A program made the translations under genes and the position numbers. The notes below the pieces were generated by a model. The model did no database searches. It was not told the DNA's origin and saw only the letters and a program-made list of their open reading frames with translations. From Callorhinchus milii (taxonomy: Eukaryota), in assembly GCF_018977255.1 (NCBI RefSeq), contig NW_024704742.1, forward strand, positions 88,910,001 to 88,974,000: a stretch of 64,000 nucleotides of DNA, written 5' to 3'. Numbering within the stretch: position 1 is the stretch's first letter; the number at the start of each line of letters is the position of its first letter. Shown here piece after piece: positions 23,936-37,530 of this stretch.

Positions 23936-24382
23936 AATAATAATCCTTCCCTTTGACATAATGCCTTATCATGTCGAAACATCTCAAAGCAGTTCAAAGA
24001 GATTTTTTTATCCTGTGAAGTGCAGTGAATGTATTTGTAGGTAATTCTAACATGCAATTTGCACACAGCAATGTCCTGCAATTCATTTAATCTGGGGTAT
24101 TATTAGCCTGGACGCTGGAAGAAACTCCTTTCTCTTTTCAAATAACACCACATGATCTTTAATGTCCATCTGAACAGGGTAAAATGGAATTTAGTTTAAT
24201 GTCCTATCAAAAGGCAGAAATTATAATAGTTTATAATTAATATTATAAACAAATGGTCCCTCTGTTAACGCAGCCTATCCCCAGTACTGCCCTTTAGTGC
24301 CATCTTAGACTATGACCGCAAACCTATGGTTTGACCCCACAAACTTCATGACTCAGAGATGATACTGCTACCAATTGGGTCA
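23936..24382 (-). mobile_element. Older DeuSINE, decayed
   Basis: Tail aataataatccttccc, core gcacacagcaatgtcc, body tctttaatgtccatctgaacagg, head gactcagagatgatactgctaccaa. Confidence 0.7.
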
Positions 24383-25030
24383 GATGTCACGTAGTTGACA
24401 ATAGGGATTCATGAGAGGTTCACAAAAGGATTTGCAAATAATTAATCCAGTGGATTTCACACCCAACCCTCTGGAATACCACTTGACTCCAATCTCATTA
24501 TCGACTTCTTTGACCTCAGCAGAGCTTGGGGTGGGGGTGGAGGGGGGGAATCCAAGCCTGGTTCATCATAAGTCCTTTTATAAATCTTGGTGTTTAGACC
24601 CCATCATTGCCAAATCAGTGAACAGAGAGGAATTCAATGAAGACATCTCTGTGCCACGAATGATAAGAGAAATTTTGTTCATAAAAATTGCAACCTCAGA
24701 ACACAGCAGAACAGAGTGATGGGATGAAACCGAAATTACAACAACAAGATTACATTTGTATAGCACCTTTCATGTCGGGAGGATGTCCCAAGGTGCTGGA
24801 ATTACCCTGTAAGCCCATTTTGTTTTAAATTTACAAGCCAGTTTTTTTTTAACAACTGTGAAAAACTAAGATCAATTTTAATAATTTTCCATAATGCTGC
24901 ACGTTTGTGTTAAATTTTAAGACACAATATACAATACTTATAGGTTAAGACTAGTTGGAATTTGAGCCATTACATTGGCAATCTCGTTCAGTGGAACCAC
25001 AGAATGACAGTGGTGGGAAACAGAAAATAC

Positions 25031-25114
25031 TACACTGAGGCAGTAGATATATTACACTGAGGCAGTAGATATATTACACTGAGGCAGTAGATATATTACA
25101 CTGAGGCAGTAGAT
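25031..25114 (+). repeat. 22-bp minisatellite, 3.8 perfect copies
   Basis: Unit TACACTGAGGCAGTAGATATAT at 25031, 25053, 25075 and a partial copy at 25097. No spacers. Confidence 0.97.
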
Positions 25115-26047
25115 GGTGCTCTTTTGAGTTTAGGGTTGATGTATAAACGTTGCAGAACAATAGAAGAAGCTGATGTTCCTCATCTAAACATTCTGGATCT
25201 GACCTGTCAATGCCGCCCTTGACAGACTGTTTGAATCAGAAAAAATCCCAGACTTTGAAGGGTATTTCCATGTAAATTCTGCAGCAAAAGCCATATAGCA
25301 AATCTTCAAGCATCTGCTACAGTGTGAATTTTCTCCAACGCACCACATGGCTGTCTGTTTTCCAGTCAGACCATTGCAGTTCTCAAAAACTATTTGAGGT
25401 TTTCCCCATTGTCCTAGCCAACAATGCTGTACGTTGATCAACCATTTACCGCATGGCTGTTTATGAAACGTTGCTCTGCAAAACAGCTCCTATGTTTGCC
25501 TACACTTGACAACAATTACTGTACAGAGCTTTAAGATGTCTCAATGTGATAAGTGCTATAAAAATACAAGTTCTTTCTTATAGCTGTTTTTATTGCAAAA
25601 TATTTGGAGACCAAAAGGAACTTAGCCTGTTGAGTAGCATACTCCCTCAAATTGGGACAAGAATGATTTGAAGTCAATATCAACTGGGTTTAATGGGCTT
25701 AGTGTTTCACCAAGTGGGGCACTTACCCATTAGCCAATGAGAGGAGCTGCATTCGGGAGAATTCAATGTAGTAGTCAGCTATATTTACACAAGAACAGGA
25801 AAGACACTTAATGGGAAATGAGAAAATATACATTTGAGAAAGTATATATTTCTTCACATTTCTGAGTATGTGATGCAATCTACGTTCAGAGCAGAGTTTC
25901 CGTTGTGCCATGACCCTGATGTACTTTTGGTTATGGGAAGTAGTCACCCTTTAGATTCCTTAAATAAGGAATTCCCATTTGAAATTATGACCGGAATCTG
26001 TTACATATACTCAGCTAAAGCACAGGGGGAGTAATGGTGACTTGTGT

Positions 26048-26355
26048 GGAGTCCTGTAGATCAGTGGTTAGAGCACTGGCCTTGCAAGCGAGAGACCTGG
26101 GTTCGATTCTCGGCAGGGTGAAACCTTGGGCAAGTTTCCTTATTCCAAACTCCTGATAATAATCTCTCAAGAAAAAAATAATAAACTGGACACTTCAATC
26201 CACAACTGTTTGTGGCACACTGCTGTGCGCAATTGGCTGCCGCATTTCGCACACAAATATACAGTCAATTCACTTTGCAGTATATTCTGTGAAGCGCTTT
26301 GAAGCATCTAGTACACATGAGAAGCGCTATATCAAATGCAAGAATTATTATTATT
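26048..26355 (+). mobile_element. tRNA-Ala SINE, intermediate subfamily
   Basis: Head and tail intact. Diagnostic ctgataataatc.ctcaagaaaa and a tail loop of the TAGAA type. Confidence 0.92.
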
Positions 26356-28179
26356 GTTTTAGTGCTAAGAGGCACGAACAGAGGAAACAGTCACACAAAG
26401 AAAAGAGGCAGCGAAACATCAAAAGTTTAGACAGATGCAGGCATGATACAGCAATCCAGAACAGTGAGATAGCATGTGAACCTGGAACTGTGGAATAAAA
26501 AATGGGAATGATGAAAATTTGCAGTGGATCAGCCAGCATCCCAAAGTAATGCATTAATAAGTCAGGTGTGACTCATCATTAGAACTTCTTTGGTTCTGCT
26601 GAATACAATAAAACCAACATGAATGTCTGATCTGTATAAATTGTACAATAGGTTGTGCATCTGCTCAAGTCCCGTTCAAGAGTTTATCGTCTACGTAAGT
26701 TTGACATAACTCATACTTTGCACAAATCATAATAAATGTATGGTCCCAACTGATACAACTTAAGTGTGCTTTACTGTACAGTATACTGTACAATTTACAG
26801 TGTATCCTAAGAAACATTTTGAGACGTCCTCTCCATATGAATGGCACTATATTGAAGGATTGTTATTTTTATTATTCATCTGTCTTTCTCTTTCAGATGT
26901 TAATCAACCTGGAGTGCAATCCCAAGGTTTTTGTTTTTTTAGTTCAGAAGAACAAGTTGGAACAGAACTATCTGCCAAAGATGCATTGCCATCGACAACC
27001 CTCTTATTAGAAGGGATGAACAGTGACAATGGAGACATCAGGACATTTTGTTTAATGTTTAATGTGCTTTAATGGTCATTCCGATCTGAATTTTCTTTAT
27101 AAATGTATTCATTTTTTTATTACTTATGAAAACCTAATTCACATAGTTTACGGTTCTCATTATATTGCTAGTCACGTTCTGGTCTTGCTTTGTTTCCAGT
27201 TAGCTAAATGAAATGGACTGGAAATGGAACCATATAAATAACAAAAGGTTAATGATCCAACCAGCATCACAAAGCTGTGAATAACAGCCAACATTATGGA
27301 TGTATATTTACTATTTCCATTTACAAAATTGTTTCTTGTGAATAAGGGAGAAAAAAAAAACATTTTCATGCGATTATAAAGCAATAAATATAAGAAATGT
27401 TAACCTTGTGAGAATGGCATGGTCACATTTAGTGCATTATTTTAAAAGCATAAATACTGCAACATCTCTTAACTTTGTTATTTAAATAAGAAATATAGTT
27501 CAAAACTCAGCCAAAAGCCATCTCAGCTTTTTAAACTTCAGCATTTCATTTACTACTTCCTGACAAATCAATCAGGAGCTTATTTGTCGCAAACTATTTG
27601 TATTACTAAGTTAACAGCAGCAAATGCAAACTGTATTCACCAACAGGACTACATATTCCAATAAAGGGGTTGCATTACTTTTCAGTAGACTATTCTACCA
27701 CTTGGAAATCAAAAAGCAAACCTGACTGCATAAATTTTATGTTTACTCCAGAATTGATCCATACAGGAATCTCTCATACCCAGTCTACATAGAGAGATGC
27801 TAAAACATAGCTAAAATCAAATGAGGAAAATCCAAAATCTCATTACGATGTTCTCATTAGAGTATATAGTGTCTATACCTCACAGAAGCACTTTAGTACA
27901 ATAGGTTGGGTTATCATTTGGAACATATTAGAGCTGTGGGTATTCTATGCTACCTCATATATTTCAGATTCAGGTGTTTGATAGCAGAGAATGAAATTGC
28001 TAAAGAGACCCAACTTCGCTTTAACTCCCAACCAGATGTGGTAGAATAGTCTGCCTTACCCGTCCTTTATCACTTCAGACGTTGACTGCTGCATAATGTG
28101 TTGTATAATTCCAACAGCCTGGATCCTCACTGTATTCAATAGTGTACAAGAGGGAACATTTCCAGATGATGTTCCATAT

Positions 28180-28552
28180 AATAATAATAAATTATAATCC
28201 TTGCATTTGATATAACATTTTATCCTGTCGTCGAAACACCTTGCAGGATTTATTATAGAGAATAGTGATTGTATATTTTTTGTAGGGGAAAATGGCAATG
28301 TCTTGCACACAGTCATGAAATGAATGACCAATTTTATCTGAGAGATTGTTTTTGAATAATACCATGGAATGTTTAACATTCACCTGAACAAGTAGATGGG
28401 ATCTCGGTTTAATATCTCCTTCAATTTACAGCATCTCTGACAAAGCAGTGCTGACCAACTGCCCTGGAGAGTCCAGATTATGACTTCAATGTCCCGACAT
28501 GGTGCTTGAACCATAACCTTCTGACTCAGGAGTAAGAGTGTTATCAACTGGA
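28180..28552 (-). mobile_element. Older DeuSINE, decayed
   Basis: aatccttgcatttgatata...tttaacattcacctgaacaag...cttgaaccataaccttctgactcaggagtaagagtg. Confidence 0.75.
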
Positions 28553-28633
28553 CTAGGCTGCCATTTTAAATATACTGCAAAATGGAAGTTTTGTTGATTT
28601 ACCTGACATTAGAGCACTTGAGCAACTGCTGAA

Positions 28634-29089
28634 ATCCGCTCCCCGATTACCCCAGTCCTTGCCAGACTGCACTGGCTGCCTGTCCCAGAGAGGATCGACT
28701 TCAAGATCCTCACCCTTGTCTTCAAATCCCTCCACTCCTCTGCACCTCCCTACCTCTCTGACCTCCTCTCTCCTCAAAACAGTGCCCGTTGCCTTTGTTC
28801 CTCCGGGTCTGGCCTCCTCCTTGTCACCGAGTCCTCCGCTACACCCTCGGAGGCCGTGCCTTCAGCCACTATGCCCCGAGGCTCTGGAACTCCCTTCCTC
28901 ACTCCCTTCGCCTCGTCCCCTCTCTTCCTATTTTCAGGTCTCTGCTGAAGATCTTTCTTTTCAACCGTGCCTTTGGTCACCCTCCTCCCCCTCCCCCTGG
29001 CTCGGATCCGGGATCCGTTACTGTAAAGCACTCTGAGATGCCGTCCAGCGTGGAGGGCGCTATATAAATCCAAGTTGTTGTTGTTGTTG
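28634..29089 (+). mobile_element. L2 3' fragment (tail type A)
   Basis: LARLHWLPVPERIDFKIL frame, GGRAFSHYAPRLWNSLP, tail gtggagggcgctatataaatccaag(TTG)n. Same family as 4157-4845. Confidence 0.92.
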
Positions 29090-29569
29090 AAATACACATG
29101 CATTTGTATCTTTTACTTGATAGATGTGTTCAATTTGTGGTCTTGGAAGGAAACAGGACTTGTGAAAGTTTGTCCTTCCCGTTGTACAGTGTACTCGACC
29201 TTCTTTTGATGTTTCAGGGAAAGAAATGCAGTATGTGATACTATCACTGATGATGTTTATCACATCGACCAACAATGAAATCAAAAGCAATCAATAATTA
29301 TCACTGGCCTGTGGAGGGGTGGCACGGGGGAGAGAGAGAGATGATAACTCTAGAAGCCAGTGATAACTATTGCCCTTGTTTGATTGTTGTGATATTAACT
29401 ATAAAGCACATGTTGCATTCCCCATCCATGAATGGAAATTTACAGCACAGAGGAAGATAATTCAGCCCATCTTGTCTGTGCTGGTTTTATTTAAGTGCAA
29501 TCCTTCCAACCCCCATTTAAATACCTTTTTTCAACCCCTGTAGTTTACTTCAATGGATAACACAATGAA

Positions 29570-32500
29570 TGCCCTGCCCCCTCTCCCGCTCTGCACCACC
29601 TCTAGCCCCCACTGTCTCCATGCCTGTGGGCTGACTAAGCCCACTAACCGCCTGCCTCAAGTCTCAGAATGCGCATCTTGGCTGCCGTCCCAGATTCGAG
29701 CTGCTTTTCCCCCCAAATTCTCCCTACACTGCAACTCTCCAGCTCTGTCCTCCTCTCTCTTCATCCTCCTTGCCTCCTATCCCCACTTGACCATCCCACA
29801 TACTCCCACTGCTCCAGCCTGGGAATCCTCCGCCAGGCTCACCGTGGCACTCAGCATTGGCTATCCAGCAGCAGCCACACTGACTGCCCCATTCTCCCCT
29901 ATCAACAGACCTAAATCCCAGGGGCTAACCTCTCCTTCCTCATCCACATTTCCACCCTCCCTGCCAATCTTCCCATCACCCTCTCCCATCTCACACATTC
30001 CTCTGCCAACTGTCCCCTCCACATCGGCACACAAAATGTCCGCTCCCTTTCCAACAAGGCTCTTGCCATCAATGACATCATTGTTGTTGAAAACATCAAT
30101 ATGCTGGCCCTCACTGAAACCTGGATCACCACGGGTGACACATTTCCCCTGACTGAGGCCACACTTCCTGGCCATACCTTCCACCGTACCCCACATCCTA
30201 ACAACCGTGACTGTGGTGAGCCCTCATCTCCAGGTTCTCACTTGCTCGATCCCCCCTGCTCCTTCAGTTCATTCCCCTCCTTCGAGCACCTTACCATCTA
30301 CCAACCCTCCAATCTTTCTCTCAAAATTCTCCTGATTTATCAGCCCCCAAACCCTCCCTCACCTTCATCTCTGGCATCTCCTCTCTTCTAGCTTCCCTCT
30401 GCCTCTGTTCTGAACACCTCCTCATCCTAGGCAACGTCAATCTGCACTCATCCCCTCTTGCTCTATCTCCACTGACTGGTCCTCTCTCTTCTCACAACCT
30501 CTCCCTCCACATCCACACCTCCATCTCCTACCACCCCTAGAATAGAATATACCCCCCTCCCTCTCCGCTGTCTTGGCGTCATCTGAACTCCTCCCACTCT
30601 AGCCTACCTCCTGCTCCAACATCCTCCTCGGTCACTCTCCTCCACATTTCCCTCTCCACCATTCTCGATGCCCTTGCCCCCATCACCTCCCCAACCACCT
30701 ACTACTCACGCAGCTCACCCTGGTGCACTAGCCACCATCACTCACTCAAGGGTCAAGTGTTTGCCGATGCACGCACCTGGCTCAAATCTGATCTAATGGC
30801 CACCGGCAGATCCGGCTGGACCACATCAAGACTTACCACTCCACCCGCACCTCTGCTTAACTGTCCTTTTATTCCAAGACAATCCTGGAGGCCAAGGAGA
30901 ACACCAGGCTCCTCTTCTCCACTACCAACTGATTCCTCTGTCAACCCTCTTCACACCTCTCCCATCCTCTCCTCCAACTCCAACTGGGAGAAGATGCTGG
31001 ATTTCCTTGAGTCCAAAATTGAGGGGATCTGTTCAGCTGCCTCCACTCTCCCAAACATCACCCCCTCCCCATCTCTCCCTCACACTCCGGCTCCTATGTA
31101 TCGCTCCCTCCACATCTTCGAACCTGTCTCCCCCTCCTCTCTCACCACCACTATAACCCACGTGAAGTCCACAACCTACACCCTTAACCCTATCCCATCC
31201 CTCTCTTTACCTCTCAGGTCTACCTCCTCGCTCATTTCCTCTCAGACCTCATCAACTTCTCCCTGTCAACTTGCAATATTCCCACCCCCCTAAAAACAGC
31301 TGTCATCACCCTACCCTAAAAAACTTCCCTGGACTCCTCCTTGCTCATAAACTACTGCCCCATCTCCAACCTCGCCTTCCGTTCTTGAAAGAGTTCTTGC
31401 TTCCCAGCTTCACTCCTTCCTCTCCTGCCATTCCCTTTACGAACCCCTTCAATCAGGCTTCCATGCTGCCCACAGCACAGAATCAGCCCTGGTCAAGGTA
31501 ATAAATGGCATTCTAACCAGGGCTCCCTCTCTCTCCTTGTCCTCCTTGACCTCTCTGCAGCCTTCGACACTGTGGATCACTCTACCCTCCTCCAAACCCT
31601 CTCCTCTCATCTCAACCTTCAAGGTTCTGTCCTTGAATGGTTCGGATCCTATCTCTCCCATCGGCTCCACTTTATCTCCAAAAACACCTTCTCCTCTAGC
31701 CCCCACACCATCTTGTGCGGTGTTTCTTAGGGCTCTGTCCTCAATCCTCTCCTCATTAACCTGTATATGCTCCCTTTTGGTGACATCATCCACAGACATG
31801 GGCTCAACTTCCACATGTATGCGGATGACACCCAACTCTATCACTGTGCCTACACACTCAACTCCAAGACTACTGCTGTTCTGACATGAAGACATGAAGT
31901 CCTGGATGAGAGCTAACTTTCTAAAGTTGAACGTCAGCAAGACCGAGGCCCTCCTGATTGGCTCCCGTCAGCGCCTCTGCGCCTCAGGCACTGGCAGCAT
32001 CAGCATTCATGGATGCACACTCCACTTCACCAAGCCAGTCAAGAACCTAGGCATCTCGTTCGACCCTCAACTGTCCTTTCCCCCCCACATCCATGCCATG
32101 ACCCACTCTGCCTTCTCCCACCTCCGCACATTGCCCGACTCCCCCACTGCCTCTCCCCTCAGATCACTGAAACCCTCATACATGCCTTCATTACATCAAG
32201 GCTCAACTATGCCAAATCCCTGCTTGTCAGTCTTCCCAACTTTTCTCTCCACAAGCTGCAGATCATCCAGAACTTTGCACCTTGTGTTCTCTTCCGCACT
32301 TGGCTCCGTGACCCCATCACACCCACCCTCGCCCGGATCTACTGGCTTCCCATCCCTCAGAGGATTGAGTTCAAAATCCCTCAGTGACCTTGCCACCTCC
32401 TACCTCTCCCACCTGCTAACCCTTATCAACCTGTCCACTCCCTCTGCTCATCAGGCTCATCCCATGTTCTCTCCATTGCCTCCTTCAAAGCACGTCTGAA

Positions 32501-32683
32501 GATCCACCTCTTTCACCGTGCCTTCGCAACCTCCTACCCTTTCTGCCCTCCACCCTCCCTGAACCCATTCCCCCACCCCCACCCCTCCACTCGGGTCCTA
32601 ATGACCCTGACTGTTCAATGCCTTGGGACGTCCTCCCGACTTGAAAGGTGCCTCACAATTTAGTTTGGTCATTTTGTTGTTGC
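29570..32683 (+). mobile_element. Decayed near-full-length L2 ORF2 (APE endonuclease + RT)
   Basis: Endonuclease NVRSLSNKALAINDII...LALTETW (about 30035-30125). [13 protein letters not shown] (about 31550) and YADDTQL (about 31818). C-terminal ETLIHAFITSRLNY. L2 tail at about 32620-32683. Many stops and frameshifts. Confidence 0.92.
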
Positions 32684-32799
32684 TTTGTAAAGGGATAACT
32701 TTGTGTCTGATACATCCTGGATACAATATTTATGGGATACGGGCAACAAGGGTGGCCACTAGTGTTTTGAGCCAGTTTTGGACCAAACTATTATGTTAA

Positions 32800-33085
32800 A
32801 GTCGGAGGGTGGTAGGATTCAGCTCATAATCAAGGCTGATACTCCAGCACAGTGCTGTACTGTTGGAGGTGCTGTCCTTTGGAAAAGGACATTAAACCAA
32901 AGTTATGACATCTACCTGCTCATGTGGCCATTAAAGATCCCATGACATTATTGAAAAGGATACAGTGCTTCTCCTGCTAGGTAACAGCCATCCAGCTAAA
33001 TTGATCCTTCACTTCACATCTGTTTGTGGGATCTGATGAGTGCAAATTGACTGCCATGTTTGCTTACGAGTAAACAGTCACTACA
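32800..33085 (+). mobile_element. Older DeuSINE fragment
   Basis: aggctgatactccagc...ggaggtgctgtcc...ttaaagatcccatgaca...gtttgtgggatc. Confidence 0.65.
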
Positions 33086-33119
33086 TTGGACAACCATGTT
33101 GCTGCTGTTGGAACTATTT

Positions 33120-33980
33120 TCAGATCTGTTTTTGGCTAAGTCTTTGTGAACCTTCTGTTGTTTCTACCACTGAACTTATCATTTGTACCTTTGCTGCTTG
33201 CTTTGAATCTATTTATGTTGTACTTGTATGTTTTCCTCGGGGGGAAATTCCTGAATCATTGGCGGTAGCAGAAATATACACGCAATAAATCAAGTATTCT
33301 ATGGGGGAGAAACACACCGCTAAAATCTAAACTCTAGAGGAGCTTTGCTGATGACACAAATGCTATACTGAAGGAAATCAATTCCAGGACTTTTTACCCA
33401 ATTAAACAATCTGCATCTGACATAGGAATCGATACAAATGGGAAGTTATCTTAGCTAGATGAAACGTTCGAAGGAAGTTGTGGTGACAGATGGATCAGCG
33501 GTCACTGAAGTGAGGTAGCACCTAGAGTACTTTGTCCATTTATTGTCCTCTTCATCCTTTTTAACCTCAAGAAGAGGCACTTCTGAAAAAAAACAAGGAC
33601 AACTATCTATCCAAACCTCCCTTAAAGTCCAAGTCCAATTGCTTTGCAAGCTGACTTGTCACTATCAATGTTGCATAGTTCATTAAAGAAACAATGGCTC
33701 TTGACTCCAAACACATTCTGTTGCAGAAGTTGTAGGATTCTGGAGGCAAATTATTTGTAACCTAATTTCACCAGCAAACAATTAAATCACTTAAAATATG
33801 TTCCGCCAAAATTCTAGGCTAAAATAAGCTCCTTCAATTATTTCTCAGTCTTGTTTTTGTGCATGGGCTCTGCACGCAGTTTTCAAATAAATGCTCCTGC
33901 TTCCTCTTAATGAGATTTGTACTGGACCACATCAAACCTGCAATTTGTCAGCTGAAGTGATAGTACGTTTAACCGTGAAG
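33120..33980 (-). mobile_element. CACTA/EnSpm-like transposase relic
   Basis: Colinear degenerate motifs on the minus strand: TVKRTITSADKL (about 33976), NVFGVKSHCFFNEL (33717-33676), LR*LPICIDSYV (33454), LPPMIQEFP (33268), K.LAK (about 33140). They resemble ADNL, GVKxxCxLN, LRLLPxxIG, HYPxxIxxFGP and KTLA. Confidence 0.5.
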
Positions 33981-34931
33981 ATAAAACAGCCTTGCTTTAC
34001 TTTAACTGGGTCTGCGCAGTTTCGGTTCAATTGAGAATTCATGTACAAGAGAATAAATAAAGTTAGATGTTTCTGTGGGAAGGGACTAATTATATTGTGG
34101 TGGAAAGTAGGGAAAGCTACAAATAACATTAGATAGCAATGATTTGGTTGGATTTTAAAGGATGCAATTTTGAAGAGATATTCCTCAAAGTCAACACAGA
34201 CAGGACCCAGTAGGTGAAACACTTTTATGTTGCACCTCGTTTTTGATCTACATCATCTTCCAGCTAATATTTCTCCCTAAACTATTATAGCAATAACGTT
34301 ACATTGTAAAAAAGCAGGTTTTGAAAAAAAAGTAAAGAAAGAATGTATGTGAAAGAAAGTATTGCAGTCAAATTCCTGAATGTACTGACTAAAACAACGT
34401 CACAGGCAAGCAATTTCATAAGTGCTTGGTATTTTTAGTGCTGCTAGAATCAATTAATGATTGCATGCACTATAATTGCGAATGTTATTATTCCCTGCTC
34501 TCGTCTTCAGTCTCACCAGTACCAGATTATAGTGGAACACTATGTCCTTGTGAAGGATCATAATTTTATTCAAACCTGTAACCTAATGTCTCACCAGTTA
34601 TGGGCTTCCAGGGAATTTTCTTTTCTTTCAGATTACCATGGTCATTTTTCTTTCTATCTCAATTCCAGTGCAATCTTTCTGAGGATCCGAAAACAAGTGA
34701 AGGACATATAGGGAGCATATAGTTACCGAATGGCATTGTTCAAATTCAGCATTATGCCAGCCTATAGGCTAGTAAAACCATCATAGTTCAGGCTTGGATT
34801 TTCCAGTTACAGTTTTGGATAAGGAGAACATAAATCCAACTTGACGAAAGCATGACAAATCCATATAGGTTTTAGTCCCACTATTTTAGCTTTCCTTAAA
34901 ATTGCGTAAATCTGTGTGGCATGGTGACCTT

Positions 34932-35254
34932 TAATAATAATAACAATAATAATCCTTGCATTTGATATAGCGCTTTTCACGTCGAGAGGATGTCCCAAAG
35001 CGCTTCACAGAGCACACTGTAAAGTGAATTGACTCTATATTTGTGGGCGAACACGGCAGCCAATTACGCACAGCAATGTCCCACAAACAGTCGTAGATTG
35101 AAAATGACCAATTTATTATTGTTTTTGGTTTTGGAGGGATTATTATTAGGTGTGTGGAGTAAGGAAACTTGCCCAAGGTTTTGCCCTGCCTGGAATTGAA
35201 CTCAGGTCTCTCGCTTGCAAAGCGAGTGCTCTAACCACTGAGCTACAGGACTCC
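34932..35254 (-). mobile_element. tRNA-Ala SINE, young short subfamily
   Basis: Full-length reverse-complement match with a (TAT)n tail. Confidence 0.95.
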
Positions 35255-36639
35255 TTTAAAATTGGCACTTCCCATGACTTTTCTTAACTCTTTCTATGCT
35301 GTATTCTATAGCAAAATTTATAACAATGGTGCATATGTGAAGAAAAAGAACACATTAATTAATGATTTACACATGTATCCAGCAACACTTAATGCTACAT
35401 CCCGTCACTATGGAAAATTCAGCGTTTATTACTGAGAGAGTTTATAGGGATAGCATAGTGAATATTGAATTCTATTAATGTAACAAGTATCTTCTTTGTT
35501 ATCTCTTTCAATTGCATACCTTTAATAAACAATTTGATTTTAATGCTGCATAATTAATTGGTGCTGGTCAGTGAAGCAATTCTTAATGTATTTCGCTGAA
35601 CAGCATGTGAAATACAATACACAGTTACTCCACTTTGCAATAAAATCCTGTGAATTGCTTGGAGACAACTGGATGATGTGACAATGTGGCTTATTAAATG
35701 CAAGGATTATTATTGTTGTAATATTATTTTTATTGCACCAATCTTCAGCAATGCTTAAACTGCTGCTGTACAGAAAGAAGGGAAAATACCACACAGACCC
35801 TTAATATGTCATAGATTAGTGAATGAGTGAAAAACAATTGTGTTGAATGCCTGGAGTGTTATGGTAGGAAGATAGGGCAACAGAGAGGGAGATGGGAAGA
35901 GAGGGAGCTATGGAAAATAGATAGACAGATGGTGATCACTCCTTTTGCACAGCTATAACTCAGCACTGCCTATAGTGGTCGGAGCTCCGCAATTAGTTTG
36001 ATCAAAAAAAATTCAACCCCTAGATTTCACTAGACTATATTAGTGATACAGTTCAAGAGTGGGACGGCCAGATTTTCTTTTGCCAATTCCTTTCCAATTC
36101 TGACAGTGCTATGATAAAAGCTGGAGTGCTTTTCAAAGTTTGGCAGGTTCAACATGATCAGACTGAGATTACTCATACATCACACTCATGCTAAATTTCC
36201 CCTTGTTTGTAGGGTTTATGGATGCTTATAATCAGACTCAGAGGAACAATCAGGGGCTTGACATTTCCCATCTTCTTAGGTTAAAATCATTGTCTTAAAC
36301 TGCAATTTTGGAAAATAGTCTTAAAATTCAGGTTTAATTTGCAAGCTGATTTTCCTTATGGGGTTCTGTGGAGAAAAAAAAACTACTGTGTCCAGAGCAA
36401 GTATGAATTGAAGGCTATTTTTTTACAGTCTTGCATTATAGGACAATGCCCTTAAGCCTAAGAATATTATACATTTTTGGCCCACAAGAGTTTTAAAACA
36501 CAAGGAACAGAACATTGTTACTCTTCACAAATAACACCAAGTCTGCTCCTTCTTGCTCCCAGTCTGGAGGACACAATTCTCTTGACAACTTGCGTTACCT
36601 GAACTACGATAGTGGCAACATGCTTTAGTAGGATAGTGT

Positions 36640-36790
36640 TAAGAAAACCTTTTTCTCTGAGAGGGTTGTTTGAGTCTATAATGAATAGCTAGGCTGTTGG
36701 AGCAGACTCGATTAGGGTATTTAAGGGGAATTGGATAGGGTATTAGAGGAAGGTATGGGGAAAGAGCAGGGAATTGGGAATAGAATAGAT
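36640..36790 (+). mobile_element. Old CR1 ORF2 3' fragment
   Basis: gaaaacctttttctctgagagggttgtt...gtatttaaggggaattggatagg resembles FFxxRVVxxWNxL...FKxxLD. Confidence 0.55.
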
Positions 36791-36819
36791 GACGTCATTG
36801 GAGGAGCAACGTCAACACT

Positions 36820-37530
36820 GATACAATGAGTCAAATAGTAGGAGTACTGTACTGGCTTTACGTGGCTTTGTAGTCCAGCTCTGTAGCATAAATAATCCTT
36901 CACTTAACACTTCCTTAGGGAACCCAGCAGTTGTAGCTCACGGAAGAAGGTGGATTAGTCAAAAGAAGATGTATTTTTGTTTGATGTTACTATTTCTCTG
37001 GAAATAGCTGAGGAGATAACTTGGAGCCTGATCTTCAGTGGAACTTTGATAGTCAAATAAGGTTGAAGTAAAAAAAACCTCTTAAAACAATACCAGAAAT
37101 GAACACTTACAGTAATGGGAAATCAACCATTAATGGAAAATCAACAGGGCTGTTTTTCAACGCTCTTCGAGAAATAAAATGACTGATGCAGAATGTAAAA
37201 TGTTCTCTCCTGTTATGCATTTTTGGTGAAATAAGTTTCTTTTCCTTTGACCGATTTACTGTCATTAAACAAGCAAAGACCTACTCATTATGACTCAATC
37301 GAGTATTGGCCTTGATAACTGAAATATGTGTTCCAATATCAATGTCTAGTTTGTGGTATTTCAAGGAATCTCATTAGAATTACCATCGACCCACATTCCA
37401 GAAGTTCCTTTAATGGAGATCTCATGGGTTGGCATGAAGTACTTCCAATTACTGGAATGAATCTCCATTTGCACGGCTTGAATTATTTCTTAAGGAATTT
37501 TGTTAAGAAATTCCATTTGCTAGACTCCTA
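36820..37530 (-). mobile_element. Possible hAT transposase relic
   Basis: Weak minus-strand motifs IIQAVQMEI...PTHEISIK (cf. DETTDISxKEQ), RFLE, EHIF and LC..WT. Heavily decayed. Confidence 0.25.

Noticed and set aside
25031..25114. CRISPR array
   Set aside because: Head-to-tail identical units with no spacers, no cas genes, and a eukaryotic context.
26897..27072. Plus-strand exon after the acceptor tctttctctttcag
   Set aside because: No recognisable peptide and no convincing donor. The acceptor lies next to a decayed SINE tail.
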